Source of the DNA: Podarcis tiliguerta
Lineage: Eukaryota
DNA length: 64,000 nt
Assembly: GCA_965153285.1 (NCBI GenBank)
Contig: OZ229110.1
Direction: 5' to 3' (one strand)
Position numbers and translations under genes: made by a program. The notes below the pieces were generated by a model. The model was given only the letters and a program-made list of their open reading frames with translations. It was not told the DNA's origin and did no database searches. Below, piece after piece: positions 38,511 to 51,580 of the stretch (position 1 is its first letter; each line of letters starts with the position of its first letter).

Positions 38511-40424
38511 GATCTTCCTGACAATATATATATGGAAAACCAATTCTGAAAGATATTAACATGCACAGTTAGTTGAGAGGGAAGGAGAAAAAACAAGATC
38601 ACACTTTTGTTGACAGGTATGCATTCACAAATTAATGTCTCGAGGGGCGGTATTATATTTGTGCCAGGATGTTATAGTATAATTTGAGATAAATAAAACT
38701 AGCTTGTTGTACCAAGTTGCTTTGAGCCCACAAATTAGGCATCAGAAAAGTGGCTAGCCCCACTTTTTGGACAGAGAATATGCTCTAGTACAGCATATCT
38801 ATGGCACCTGAGTCCTTTTCAGATTACATTCCTAATCATTAAATCTCCTGTTATTAGTCTAGCCTCTACACTATACAGGTTATTTAAGTTGTCTGAATTA
38901 GCCACCAGAATTCAAATTTCCAAGCTGTTATAGACCCGTATAACTTATGGTAGCCCAAGATATTGTTGGGCTCCAATTTCCATTCGCAACAGCCCAAATG
39001 GCCAATGGCAAGATATGAAGGAGGATGTAGTTCACCAACATCTGAAGGTCACCACATTGACTTACACTGTGCTTTTCATTTGAATCAAGGGCCTGCAAGA
39101 GTTTTTCCCCAAAAGACAGTGGTCTGTTCCTGGAAAATGTTGCTGCGTGATGCATTCAAAGTCCCACACCCGACTTTTTATTATTATAGAATTTGGTATG
39201 ACTTTTTATAAGACAATAAGCAAAGTGTCAGGTATCTTGAGGCATATGTGAATTCACTTGGAGGGTGGTGGAATTGTCTATCCAATGCAACCACAGGAGA
39301 ATATATGAACACCTGGCATAAATAACTGTTCTGAGCCATGAATTATATTTGGAGGAGAATAGTAAACACACTTAAAGTTTAAGGTTTATAGCTTGGGCAT
39401 AGCTAGGCATTAATACAACAACCTAAATAGCGTACTGCATTTCTTTGGAAACACAAGCGTCATAAAATTAATGGTCTTAGCAAAATAGTCCCCCATTCCT
39501 CATAGAGATAAACAAATCTGCCGTAAAATGAATGGGCAAAGTTGTATTTCACTTTATTGAGGGAGGGGGATTTAATATACAGAGAATGACAATTTAAACA
39601 TCCTGAAAGAAACTTTATGAGGATGATGCTAAAATAAAGTGTTGCCTAAATTATATCTGTCACAGCCTGAAATGTATTTGTTGTTTTTTGATTGAGTAAT
39701 TTGGAGCAGTGAGGATAAGAAGATAGATTGATTATGTGCATTGTTGCTTGGGCAAGGTCTTCTTTTCACTAGCCTTTTAATGTCTAAGCTTCTCCCCGTG
39801 CGAGAGAGGTGACAACTTGATCTGAGGACAGAGGTGCTGTGTACCACTCTGCAGTCATCTCTGAGAAAAATGCATGCAGAGCTGTGGGGAAGCTGTTTGA
39901 TCAGCCGAGCAGTAATTTGAAGGTTAGCATACAAACCAAAGCATTGTGGTGGGGCCAGAAAGCAAGGATCCTATTGTGCAAGTGAATATTACAGAGGGCT
40001 GCATTGGATCAGTTTCAAGTTGACAAAGGAAGAAAGAAGCAATGGAGGCAATGAAGAAAGGGGATGATTTCTTGGACAAGCTAGAGAGGCTGGAATTCCT
40101 TTTGTTGTGTACAGCCTTTGCCATAACCATATACCTTTGCCCTATGACTTACACTTGAAGAATAGAACTTCACCACCCTTTCCTCTCCCTGTGTGCCTCG
40201 TAGACAACCTACAAATCTGACCCAGAGGGTTGGGGGAAACCCAAAAACAGATTGTGGGGAGGGGACGTTTCATTGTATAGGTGGAAGTCATTGCATGGAC
40301 AGAACATTGTAGGATACAACCCATATTCTCCAAGGGAGCCTGAAATTCTCCAGCGGTTTTTCCAAAAGAAAATTTTCAGCTAATTCTTCAGAACTGTAGT
40401 TTCTGGGAAATTTTGGCTTAGTCC

Positions 40425-40561
40425 NNNNNNNNNNNNNNNNNNNNNNNNNNNNNNNNNNNNNNNNNNNNNNNNNNNNNNNNNNNNNNNNNNNNNNNNNNNN
40501 NNNNNNNNNNNNNNNNNNNNNNNNNNNNNNNNNNNNNNNNNNNNNNNNNNNNNNNNNNNNN
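40425..40561. other. Assembly gap (N run)
   Basis: Run of N. Confidence 1.
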
Positions 40562-42433
40562 CAAATATTATGTTTGTCTATTTCTCTACTCATTGCTTGT
40601 CACCTGCTCTTACCACACCGTGTGCCTCAGTAATAAGTATAAATTAGCATTCATTCTCAGATGAGCCTGTATTAATGCTTTTGACATTTCAAACTGTGTG
40701 GCTCATTATTTTTCCACCACAAACCCATTGTTTAAGTGTAGATTAGAAGAATGACTTTCTTTTCATGACCATGGTGTGGGAGGCACACACAGGTACAGCA
40801 ATTTTGATGTCATGTTAAGTCAGATGTATTCCACAGGTCAGGAATTTAAGAAGACAATATAATTTGACCAAGGGGGTGAGCATGTCTTGAGAGAAATTCT
40901 TTGAAGAGGCCATAGCACAGTCTGAATTGGCACTGATTTTGCATGGCTTATCGGATAAAAGGCTACAGTTGTGATGTTGTTGTGCCAAACTATCAGAATA
41001 AGATTTGGAGCATTTGTAAAATCATAGAGTTCAAGTGGAGGGACTGTGCAAATTCACAGTACATGTGGAGAGTAGATGAGCCGCAAAAAGGAAAAACAAA
41101 TAGCTTTGGTGGTCTCTGTGGAAATGCAGATATTCTTCATTCAAGCTGTCAACCAAGCTTTGTGATGTATGTTACAGAAATAAGAAGGTATGTTGTTGGA
41201 AGGAGAAAGGAAAGATCCCAGAGCTGGGAGGGGCTACTTACCTCCTGTGAGTGATAAGGGTTAAGAACAACATATTCCATATTCTTCATATTCTCTCTTT
41301 ACCTTTTGTAGCTGTTTTTTTAACATTAGTTTTCTATATCTTATTGTATCATGAAAAAACTTTAATAAAATCTTAACTGAAAAAGGAAATAGGTAAGTAG
41401 TCAGTCCTCCATCCTACTCCAGCCATTGTGCATTAAAAAGGGTGTCTGTGCTTTTTATTATTTGAAGTGAGTTTATGGTTCTACACAATCATTTTTCACC
41501 ATAAAACCCCTAACCCTGTTGAATTTTTGTCTCTCATACATTTGTTAAAGGCACAGGAATCCCATTTCCTCCCCCAATGCCAACTCTAAACCAAAGCCTA
41601 GACTGCTATCCTGTAGCCACTTACCTGGGAGTAAGCCTTATTTCTGAGTAGACATGTATGCCATTGCACTGCAAATTAACTGTGCAGTGAATTCTTAATA
41701 AGTGTCTGGTATTCTGCTCCTGCATGAGAGGAGACATGCCTAAGCTTATTTGCAAAGGTTTCACATCTGCCCTTAGGGTGGATTCTTCAACAACCACTCA
41801 CCCACATTATGTCACAGAATTAGCAGAAGATGATTACCTGATCTTAGATGAACCCACCACAGGAAGGATGCATCCTCATTGCTAGGGGGAAAGGAAACTG
41901 GTGGAAACGATTGGGGTTCTGCTGGGGCCCCCAGTACTTTTGTGGGTGCCCTGTTACCCATGGGGCACAGAGTTGGTGACACACACACCCTGTCTAAGGG
42001 AAGCATTTTTCTCTGTGGCCCAGGTTCTTTTCCAAAGGAGAAGTTGCTGCCTATCTGGTAGAACTGGCTCAGAACCTTGAACCAAAAAACCCAGAGCGCC
42101 AAGGATAACACAGATCCTTTATCAAAACAGAAATAGTGCCCTCAAAAGGTGTTTAAGTGAGCAATGGAAGCCGGGTTGAAGTTTGTGATTGACAAAATGT
42201 ATCACATATTTGACAAACTAGTGCAGGTTCCCAGAAAGAGAGGCAGGAAGATAAGAGGGAGCGAAAATGTTTTCATAGTGTGGTCATGCAATGTGACTTT
42301 GGCTTCAGAGGGGGGATTGCACTTTAAAAAACAGCCACTGAGAATAAAAAAATAAGATGATTCCATGCTAATTGAATAGTAGGCAGGTATCCTCTTTGTT
42401 AATGTCAATTGATTGCTGCAGGGGGAAATGTAC

Positions 42434-42659
42434 NNNNNNNNNNNNNNNNNNNNNNNNNNNNNNNNNNNNNNNNNNNNNNNNNNNNNNNNNNNNNNNNNNN
42501 NNNNNNNNNNNNNNNNNNNNNNNNNNNNNNNNNNNNNNNNNNNNNNNNNNNNNNNNNNNNNNNNNNNNNNNNNNNNNNNNNNNNNNNNNNNNNNNNNNNN
42601 NNNNNNNNNNNNNNNNNNNNNNNNNNNNNNNNNNNNNNNNNNNNNNNNNNNNNNNNNNN
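42434..42659. other. Assembly gap (N run)
   Basis: Run of N. Confidence 1.
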
Positions 42660-44557
42660 TTAGTTCCCTTGTGAAATAGCACCTGATTTGAGCCTTATGA
42701 GACACATCAAATGGTGGTGAAATCTTGTTCTCCAATAAAGTGTATCTGTCTTCTTTCTTAAGTCAGTCAAGCTATGCAAAAGAGGAAACAGCAATATCCC
42801 AGTATCCTGCCCTTATCAGAAACAATTGCCAGTCTGATCTGATGAGAAATTTAAAAGATTAGTTGGACTTAGAGTAGGAAAAATATTTATGCACAGAGGC
42901 TTTCTGAGTAAATCTTTATTAGAATTTGGCTCATGCTGCTCAACATGTTGCCTTTAGTTGTTCTGCCCCCAAAGGCTATGCCCATAGAACTGGTTCAGAA
43001 CAAAAGTTACCCCTTTCTGGTGCCCATCTGCCTCTGCCTTGTTGTGAACATCCAACATACATAACTCTGCTCTGTGTGGACACAGAGCAACATTCCTTCT
43101 TTCATGGCTAGAGTTTTGGACTCATACATATTTCTGAGTTCATAGCTCCACTCAGTGGCCTTGGAGCCATCATGGAGCTGGGAGGGCAGAATGAGTAGCT
43201 GTATCGAGGTCTTTGGGGGAACTGTGGCATGTAGATGTGATGGACAACAATACAGCCCTGAACAATTTCTGGGAAAGTGTAGAAATGCATGTAGACAGCA
43301 ACTGGATATCATAGTCGTGGTCTACTGTCTAATCCTCTTGGATCAGAGAGTAATGTTTGTGTGGGTGATTCTTGACATTGCACTTTGGCAGATGTACAAA
43401 TAAAGTCCCAGGAGCATCCATTATGAGGAAAAACAAAATGCAAAATAGGCTTGTGTGATTGCTATCCACGAGAGAGCAATCATTCAGTTCTCCCAGGAGA
43501 TAAAGGGGGGAGGAAGGGAAGTTACAAGCCAAACAATGCTCATGTACTCTAGGGATCACATGGTTCATCCCAGATACACAGGATGCAATAGGAGAAAACC
43601 AATAGGCTGTAATGGCATTAATAAGTGCCAGCACTTATTAAATAAATTGTTATTTGTTGCTGACAACTTGAAAAAGCATTTTACTGTACACAGGGGATCA
43701 TTGATGTCCTTGTGATAACTTTATCTTTTTTTGTATACCACTTTGAGGTTTTTTCTACAATCAAGCCGTATATAAATTGTATGTAATAAATAAAAGAAAC
43801 AAATAAAAACTTAAAGGTGAACTTACCAAATGTGCATTTTCTGAAACAACATGCAAACCAAAACAGAGCTATCCTTCAAAGTTCACACTCACCTGAATTT
43901 TCCACTGCAGTTCTCGAGCTAAGCAACGTGTACATCACTTTGGTGAAGTACGCATATCATTGCCCAAATTAGTGAAAATAGCATACATTATATTGAATAA
44001 CATTGCATTACCAAAAAAAGTGTTTATCAGGGAAAACTGCATATACAAATGTGTATAGTGGGAGACATTCACTCAAAAATACTGGTGAATTTTCAGAAAT
44101 ATTTCAATGTGATGTAGGAATGTGGAGAACTGAACTAAGGATTAGAAAAAATGGATGTGTTTTAGGTTGTGTATTGATCCAGGAAGTACAACATATACTT
44201 ATATTTATGTCTGCCGAATATGGGTGAAAAATATTCCAAATTACAAGAAAAACAAAAACAAACCTGAAATACTAGAGTATCTCCCCTGGTCTTCCTTCCA
44301 TCCTTTGCAGCCATGACTCAAATTCCCCTTCCTTTTGTAACCCAGCTTCCTTTTCCAATTGAAGATTAGAGGTGTGGCTTGTACAACCCTGTTTACAAAG
44401 GAAGACCAAAGATTGCAATCATGTAATGTCCCACTCACCTGTAAAAATGGCCCATGATGGGAGCAGATGCTTTGAATCCTGCCAGACTGATTCAGTTCCC
44501 ACACATGCTTTATGGACTATATTCAGTTTGGTAATTCACGAATGCTGGATTACAGAC

Positions 44558-45005
44558 TGTTAGAATTCCTGCTCCGTGCCTGCAGTCATGGGATTTTTGT
44601 CTATCACATGACGGTATATGTTTTGACTCCACAGAGCGGGAAGTGATGGAGACAGGACGTTTGTGTTACTGTGTTCCGTGAAGTGGGACTATTGTCCTTT
44701 GTTCTTTTTTCTCTTTGCTGTCTGATGCTAGAGAGAGAGGGAGCCATGTTGCAGTGCTCCGTGTGTGTTTATATGTAAATAAAGTAGATTAGCCAAAATG
44801 CTAGGTTGCTGAGGTCTGTTATGCATGATGCATAAATTCTGTGGATCCCTAAGTGTGCCAGTGTCGGTTGGCATCGGTCGCTGTGATGTTTGGGCTGAAG
44901 AAAGCTTATGAAGCTCTCGAACGATTGACCAGGAGGGACAGAACATGCCAGTCAGGCATGTGTCTCTTCCACGGTCCTACTCAAGTGTAGGCTGAGCTCC
45001 TGACA
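44558..45005 (+). mobile_element. Solo LTR (448 bp)
   Basis: TGTTAG...CTGACA termini; perfect 5-bp TSD CAGAC (44553-44557, 45006-45010); AATAAA at 44778-44783. Confidence 0.88.
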
Positions 45006-45848
45006 CAGACATCCCTCTCCAACATCCTGGCAAATCGTCTGGCTATAACCAAGAATATCTACTTCTTTCCCTTTCACCGGTTCACTTCACCTTTGGCTAA
45101 GAGCCAAGCATGCAAGGCTCCTAAACCAAGTTGAACAGAGCTATGCAATTCCTTCAGTGAAAGAAATAAAAACATTATTGAACTCTCCGAGATTTAAACA
45201 ACTGCCACAAATGAGGTGGTGAGACGAGAAGCCTATTTATCCAGCCTTTCCCAATTTCTGCTGAAAGGAAAATTCCAAAAGGAATTAATTTTGCTTCTGT
45301 GTTAGTATTCCCCTGCCCTACAACACATCACTTCAATTTAGACATATAAATTGTTCTCCAGGATGCTTCAAGTGGAAAGGGCAAAAGAAATATGCCTTAT
45401 TAGTTTGAGTAGCTGGGTCACCCCCAGGGCAGTAATACAAACAACTTGGCTAATTTAGCCCCGGAACATCTCGGACAACTGCAACTTAGGTTGTAGGCAC
45501 AAGAGGAAAGATATTTCACCACTGTAATGAAGATAGGCAGAAAGCGAAGGCCAGGGTGAGAGGAGGCATGTATACAGAGCAGGTGTGTCAGGAAAGATAA
45601 CTGCAAGCAGTATCTGAAAGATAAGATGAGCACTCCAGCTCCAAGCTCAATTTCTTTCTCTTTGTCTTTTGTTGTTCTTTCTTGCTTACAGTGACACTCT
45701 GGAAGGGGAAGAGCGTGTGCTAATGATTGCAATCTTGTTGCTCTTTTCGAAAACTCTACTCTTCGTTCTTTGCTTTCTCTGGAGACCACCTGCCGAGAAA
45801 GGCAAAGCAATCAGTTGCTGCCATTCCAAATGCAACACAACACAACAC

Positions 45849-45879
45849 CACACACACACACACACACACACACATACAG

Positions 45880-45913
<34 letters not shown>
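45849..45913. repeat. Compound (CA)n(TA)n(GA)n microsatellite
   Basis: Seen directly. Confidence 0.95.
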
Positions 45914-46397
45914 TGTAATGCAGAGCAGAGTTGCTTTTCTCTTCTCACCCATTTGCTTTGCCTCTCTTTCTAATGAATGCATCTCTCGGAAGAACGTGAC
46001 ACATATCGGAGAGCTTTCCAAGGTCTGGGTTATGTTTTTAAGATGTTACAGATTTATTATGTGGTGCAGAGCTTCTCTGCTGCACTGAAAAGTATTGAAG
46101 CACAAGACATTTTCTCTCTCTTGCAAAATCAGAATTCAGTCTGTGAACTCTGAGCAACCAGCACATTTTTAAGGTCTCATGTGAAAGGTTACCTCCTAAA
46201 GTAGTATAATAATTGCATAGAAAGGTCCTCATTTAATCACCATTCCTTCCATTCCATATGGAAAAGTAGTCAGTGGATAATATGCACGATTATCATCTTC
46301 CATTAGTACATTCCCATTAGGAAATAGTTTTTAACTGTTTTCCGTGAAACACTTTCCCCACATATTCCTCTTGAAATGTACGTTACCTAGTTATGTA

Positions 46398-46623
46398 CAG
46401 GGGTACCTCGGGTTACATATTCTTCAGGTTACAGACTCTCCTAACCCAGAAATAGTACCTCGGGTTAAGAACTTTGCTTCAGGATGAGAACAGAAATCAT
46501 GCTCCGGCGGCATGGTGACAGCACGAGGCCCCATTAGTGAAAGTGGTGCTTCAGATTAAGAACAGTTTCAAGTTAAGAACAGACCTCTGGAATGAATTAA
46601 GTTCTTAACCCGAGGTACCACTG
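46398..46623. mobile_element. Tc1/mariner (pogo/Tigger-type) MITE, same family as 31443
   Basis: TA|CAGGGGTACCTCGGGTTA ... TAACCCGAGGTACCACTG|TA; interior aligns with 31443-31657. Confidence 0.92.
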
Positions 46624-48366
46624 TATATGTTTTGAATCCCTCTGTAATGTGTGCATTGGAGCTTACATTTGTTTCCTGCCAAGAGTGTGTTTTGCACATT
46701 GGGCTGGTTCACATATTATGCTAACACATGGTTTAGCTTAATGTGTTGAGCAAAGCATTAAGGACACACAACCCTCTCCTCCTGTGCAGCCTAGGGGAGT
46801 TCTCCTGAGTTTCATTTCAAGCAGCTTTCCTTATTGGCACATAGATCCCCTTCACTCTGATGCTTAATGTGCAGCCAGTGGGATATGTTATTGGCAGGTA
46901 TGTTGGCATGTAGGGAGAATGGCTAGCAGGCACAATCCCACTTCCACCTTATGAGTCTCTTGGATGCTTGAGGTAAGTGGTGTATATGTTAAAGGGAATA
47001 TAAGTTGAGCAGTTGATGTGCATAATAACTGGCCGTTGCATACATTCACCAGGCCTCATAATCCATCCACAGGACACATTTTGCGGTCAATATACATAAT
47101 CCCCAACATTTCTTGGGGAAAGTGTTTATTTCAACTCTATTTTGTGCATTCTGTGGGCAATGTGCACACGTTTCAGCCAGTATGCAAAGAAACTCAGGCT
47201 GCTTCTGGCTCACTGTTTAATCTTCTTCAGCCAAGCAGCAGGAAGAAAGGGCACTCCAGATAAATATTACTTATTGATTACTTATTGAATTTATACCCCA
47301 TCCTTCCTCCAAATGATCCTTTTTAAAAGACGGTTCAGCTGCCTTTCCACCACTCAGCTGTTGCCCAGTCATCAAAGCAGCACAAGGGGGATTTTAGGGA
47401 GAAGAAAAAAATAAAGACACCTTCCCTCCCCATCCCACAATTTTGATGGCAATTTCTGATGGCAGTATGAAACAGCCTAAAGCATCATAGGGCCAATCAT
47501 CATGGGAATCGCAGGGACGGAAGATTTAACCAACCAAGGCATACACAACAGAGCAAATTGGGCTTGGAGAGAAAGAGTGTGAAGTGTCTCTGATCCCTGA
47601 TCTTAATGGCTAGAGAATGTACAAAAAGCAGCTGAGAGAGGCACACTAGGCCTGCAGGGGATTGTGTATATTGACCTGGGATTTGTAAATTGGGGTTTCA
47701 GTGTTTGAAATCCAGGCTCGTATTTTCCTGTTCTCTGCATAAAACAAAACAAAGCAGCTAATGAACATCTTCAGAAGGATAAACCTGTATCTCTTTCTCC
47801 ATGGTACTTTAATGTATTATGAAGTGCTGGAGATCATTTAGCTTTTGCCTTCCACTGCCTCTTTCCCTTTATCTCTCTCTCTCTCTCTTTCTCTTTTCAC
47901 TAAACAAGACCCCAAAAGAGATCTGAACGGACATATGATTTTTGTATTCCATGCCTGCCGGGGAGTGCTAACCTTACATGGGAACAGTTACATTTACAGC
48001 TTTGACGGAAAAGGCTGAGCAGCCCAATACAGCTTGTCATGTACAGATATGCAGATAAACCTTTCCTGCTAAGAAAGTGGCATCTTACTAAGATTCATCA
48101 GCGCCAGGGATTAATAGTGACAGGTGAGCAGGTTCAGTTAAAACAAGACATCCACATGTAAAAACCTTGTTCCAAAAACGCAAATGTGAGATGAAATCAA
48201 CCTCCTTCTGAAGGTCAGGCACTTTTCCCGTAAGTTATTTTTAATGTTCATAGTACAGCTTGTTGGGCTTCTTAAAAAATAGCCTGCAAGAGGCAGGAAA
48301 CCAGAAGAAGCAGGCACAAAATGACGATGCTGCCAGAACTGCTCAGCCCTCTGCTTATTCTAACCT

Positions 48367-48545
48367 AGGAACATAGGAAGCTGTCATGTATAGAGTCAGA
48401 TCATTGGGTCCATGTAGCTCAGTATTGTCTACACTGACTGTCAGCAACTTTCCAAGATTTCAGACAAGAAATATCTCCCAGTCCTACTGGGAGATGCTGG
48501 AACCTTCTGTATACAAAGCAGATGTTCTCCCAATGAGCTATAGCT
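48367..48545 (-). mobile_element. Squam3-type SINE
   Basis: AGGAACATAGGAAGCTG (antisense tail)...AGCTCAGTATTGTCTACACTGACTG...GGAGATGC...TGAGCTA (antisense head). Confidence 0.75.
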
Positions 48546-48692
48546 CTCTCCCATAATTCTCTGGCTGATTATATCACACGCATTATACAGAAAAACAGAG
48601 ATTTCTCCACTTTCTCCCTGCCCCTGCTCATAAGTCTTCCTGCTATCATTTGAGTCCTGTTCATATTACCAGTCTGCCTTGGGCAGGTCATT

Positions 48693-49097
48693 TGTTGTTG
48701 TTGTTGTTTAGTTGTTTACTCATGTCCGACTCCTCGTGACCTCATGGGCCAGAGCATGCCAGGCACTTCTGTCTTCCACCACCTCCCGCAGTTTGGTCAA
48801 ACTCATGCTGGTAGCTTTGAGAACACTGTCCAACCATCTCGTCCTCTGTCGTCCCCTTCTCCTTGTGCCCTCCATCTTTCCCAACATCAGGGTCTTTTCC
48901 AGGGAGTCTTCTCTTCTCATGAGGTGGCCAAAGTATTGGAGCCTCAGCTTCACGATCTGTCCTTCCAGTGATCACTCAGGGCTGATTTCCTTAAGAATGG
49001 ATGGGTTTGATCTTCTTGCAGTCCATGGGACTCTCAAGAGTCTCCTCCAGCACCATAATTCAAAAGCATCAATTCTTCGGTGATCAGCATTCTTTAT
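48693..49097 (-). mobile_element. BovB (RTE) LINE 3' fragment
   Basis: Minus ORF KLRLQYFGHLMRREDSLEKTLMLGKMEGTRRRGRQRTRWLDSV is the BovB ORF C-terminus; (CAA)n tail; probable TSD GGTCATT at 48686-48692 and 49102-49108. Confidence 0.92.
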
Positions 49098-50315
49098 CGC
49101 TGGTCATTAAACAACAACAAACAAACTGAATTGTACTGTGCACATGACAAAACACAGTGTTTGATTAGCCAGATGGTAAGCACAGACTGTCTTCTGGCAT
49201 GCCTTTGCTCAACCCACCCTAGAAAGATTTGGAGCAGTGCACCATTTTAGGAATCTGATTTTATCACAAATGGTTCAGACAAACCATTTGCCCACATGTG
49301 CAATGAATTCTGGTCTGAAAGTTGAAGAAAGCAGCTGCTCACTGAATGACCCATGAGAGTCATTTTGGTACCCCAATGTCATCAATGCAACCTGTCTCAT
49401 CTGTCTGCTTGCGTTAAATGCTGTACCTTTCAGATTCCTAGCCAACTTTCTCTACACATCAGTAGCTCTGCATTAACACCAGACCATTTAACCTATGCGG
49501 TGACAACAGTCATTGTGCATGAAACTTTTTAAAGTGACCCCCTCAAGTGAAATCAACTTTTCCTTTGTTTCTGTGGGTTCATAAACATGATTACAAAAGC
49601 ACAGCAGCAAATGAGCAAGCAGAGAAAAATCCACGAAAACTTCCGAATTCTGTTGTGAATATTCCAAGACTGCAGTGAGGGAGCACAGTTTGTTCTGTTA
49701 TGGTCTGAACGGGTGTGTGGTGGACTGAATGAATGGGCTGATGACTCATTTTTGCTGAATACTTGTTTTTGTTTTTTCACTTTGTTTTGGCTGAATTCTT
49801 GTTCTCTGATGCTCCTACAGAATTTAGAAGGAATCGCAAGCACTAAATCATCACTTCCAGAAAAGCCATTTCTTAGAGGGGAACATAAAAGAATAAATAA
49901 AATCCAGCAGCCTGCTGTGCCTCTCCTGCTGAGAACCAAATGCCAAAAAATCCAAAGTACTATAGTTTGCTATATTTCAATAACATAAGGAGGTGGAGGA
50001 CTTGAAGGGATTACTCAATGAGATCTACTGAACTCTCAGATACTTGGGTAAGCAAAATATATTTCACAAGGAATCTCTGGCTTGCTGCAACTATTGTTGA
50101 GTGTCAGTTCACCTTTTTATACATGTTCATCAGATGTGACTAGAGAACAATTGCAGAGGGCTTAATGCTCACTTTTTAGGAAAGAACCCAGATGCTGCTT
50201 GCATTGTCTTTTAATTTCATTTTATTTGAGTCCACAAGCAGCCCATTTATTTTGCACATTTACTTAGAAGTAAATCATTCTGAATTCAGTGGTACTTCTC
50301 CAATATAAAAATTGA

Positions 50316-50864
50316 ATGAATTTATTATTTTGGTCACAGACCAGTTCCAGCTCACATACAATATCAAGGAAGTCATAAAACATGATAGGGATACATTTGA
50401 ATTTGCAATTAGGTATAACAGGGACAATACAGATATAGCAACAGTTAAAACTATATATAAATTAAAACTTAGTCACTAACATATAACCTAAAATTATCAT
50501 TTAAGGCCTTAATCATTACGATAGCACAGCTTGTTCCCTAAGTTTTATGGCAATCACACAGAATTTGGCTACTCTTAATGTGATCTCAGGCTCCTTGTCC
50601 TCAACCAGGGATTTTAGACATTGAAGTTCGGATTCATTTGGAGATTTTTGTATAGCAGGTGTAATACATACCGAGCGTATATTCCCATAGAAACAGCAGC
50701 GTAACAAGGCATGAGAGACAGTTTCTACCTCCATCAAGCCGCAGGGGCAGACTCGTTCTGTGTATGGTTTACTCTCGAATCTGCCCTGCAATATGGCAGA
50801 TGGCAGCATGTTGAATCTAGCAAGGGTAAATGACCGTCTGTATTTGTAATTTTGACAATTCTGA
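50316..50864 (-). mobile_element. 5'-truncated LINE (RTE-X-like) with open ORF2 C-terminus
   Basis: Minus ORF ...YRRSFTLARFNMLPSAILQGRF...ERVCPCGLMEVETVSHALLRC... carries a C-terminal CCHC zinc knuckle, stop at 50516; 3'UTR ends CTGGTCTGTGACCAAAATAATAAATTCAT; 39-bp perfect flanking duplication. Confidence 0.82.
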
Positions 50865-51514
50865 ATTCTGAATTCAGTGGTACTTCTCCAATATAAAAAT
50901 TGAGTCACCAGCTTCAAGATGGATACTGATGTGAGTTCTGACCTGAGCAGAGGCAAGGCAGTGAGTACCCTGGACAGCTCCATGCAGGGCTCAGTCTGAA
51001 AACTGCATGAGGGCAGCACTTAGAAGCAGATTCAGCACCAGCTCCACTCAGACAAGTCTTACACAGGTACTTCATCTCTGTCTCAGCAGCTAGATCTGCC
51101 TTCACTGTGATCTCCATTTAAAGGATCACAGCATTCTCCAACAGTTATTTGCTCCATCAGAACAGAAGAGTGTCTGGTTGCACTGCACCTTCGGAGTCAG
51201 AGGAGGGCAATGTGATGTCCATGGGGTAGAGAGGTACTGACTACATGGGCTTTTCTAGTGGACGAGGTGCTTCTAGGGCAGGCCCTAACAGCTGCTGCTG
51301 CTTTGAATTCCTGTCCTTATCCCCTGAAGAACAGGAGTCATAACAAATATATATGGCACCATGATGAGCTGGGGTAGCTGAGAATAAGCTGGAGAAACCA
51401 AGAAGACTGAGGAAGTACCAAAAAGTCAGTAACTAGATATTGGTTCTATTTTTATTTTTAGTTTCATGTTCTAATGGACTTGGGACCTCACTGTGCAGGG
51501 CAGGGCAGGCAAGC

Positions 51515-51559
<45 letters not shown>

Positions 51560-51580
51560 TAGTAATAATAATAATAATAC
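51515..51580. repeat. (AAT)n microsatellite
   Basis: Seen directly. Confidence 0.95.

Noticed and set aside
38042-38602. 186-aa ORF (and similar ORFs at 7135, 23916, 48712, 61356)
   Set aside because: These run through Sauria SINE, BovB antisense, MITE or microsatellite sequence; no splice or protein-family support.
42202-42735. ORFs spanning the N runs (also 40288-40593)
   Set aside because: Artefacts of assembly gaps.
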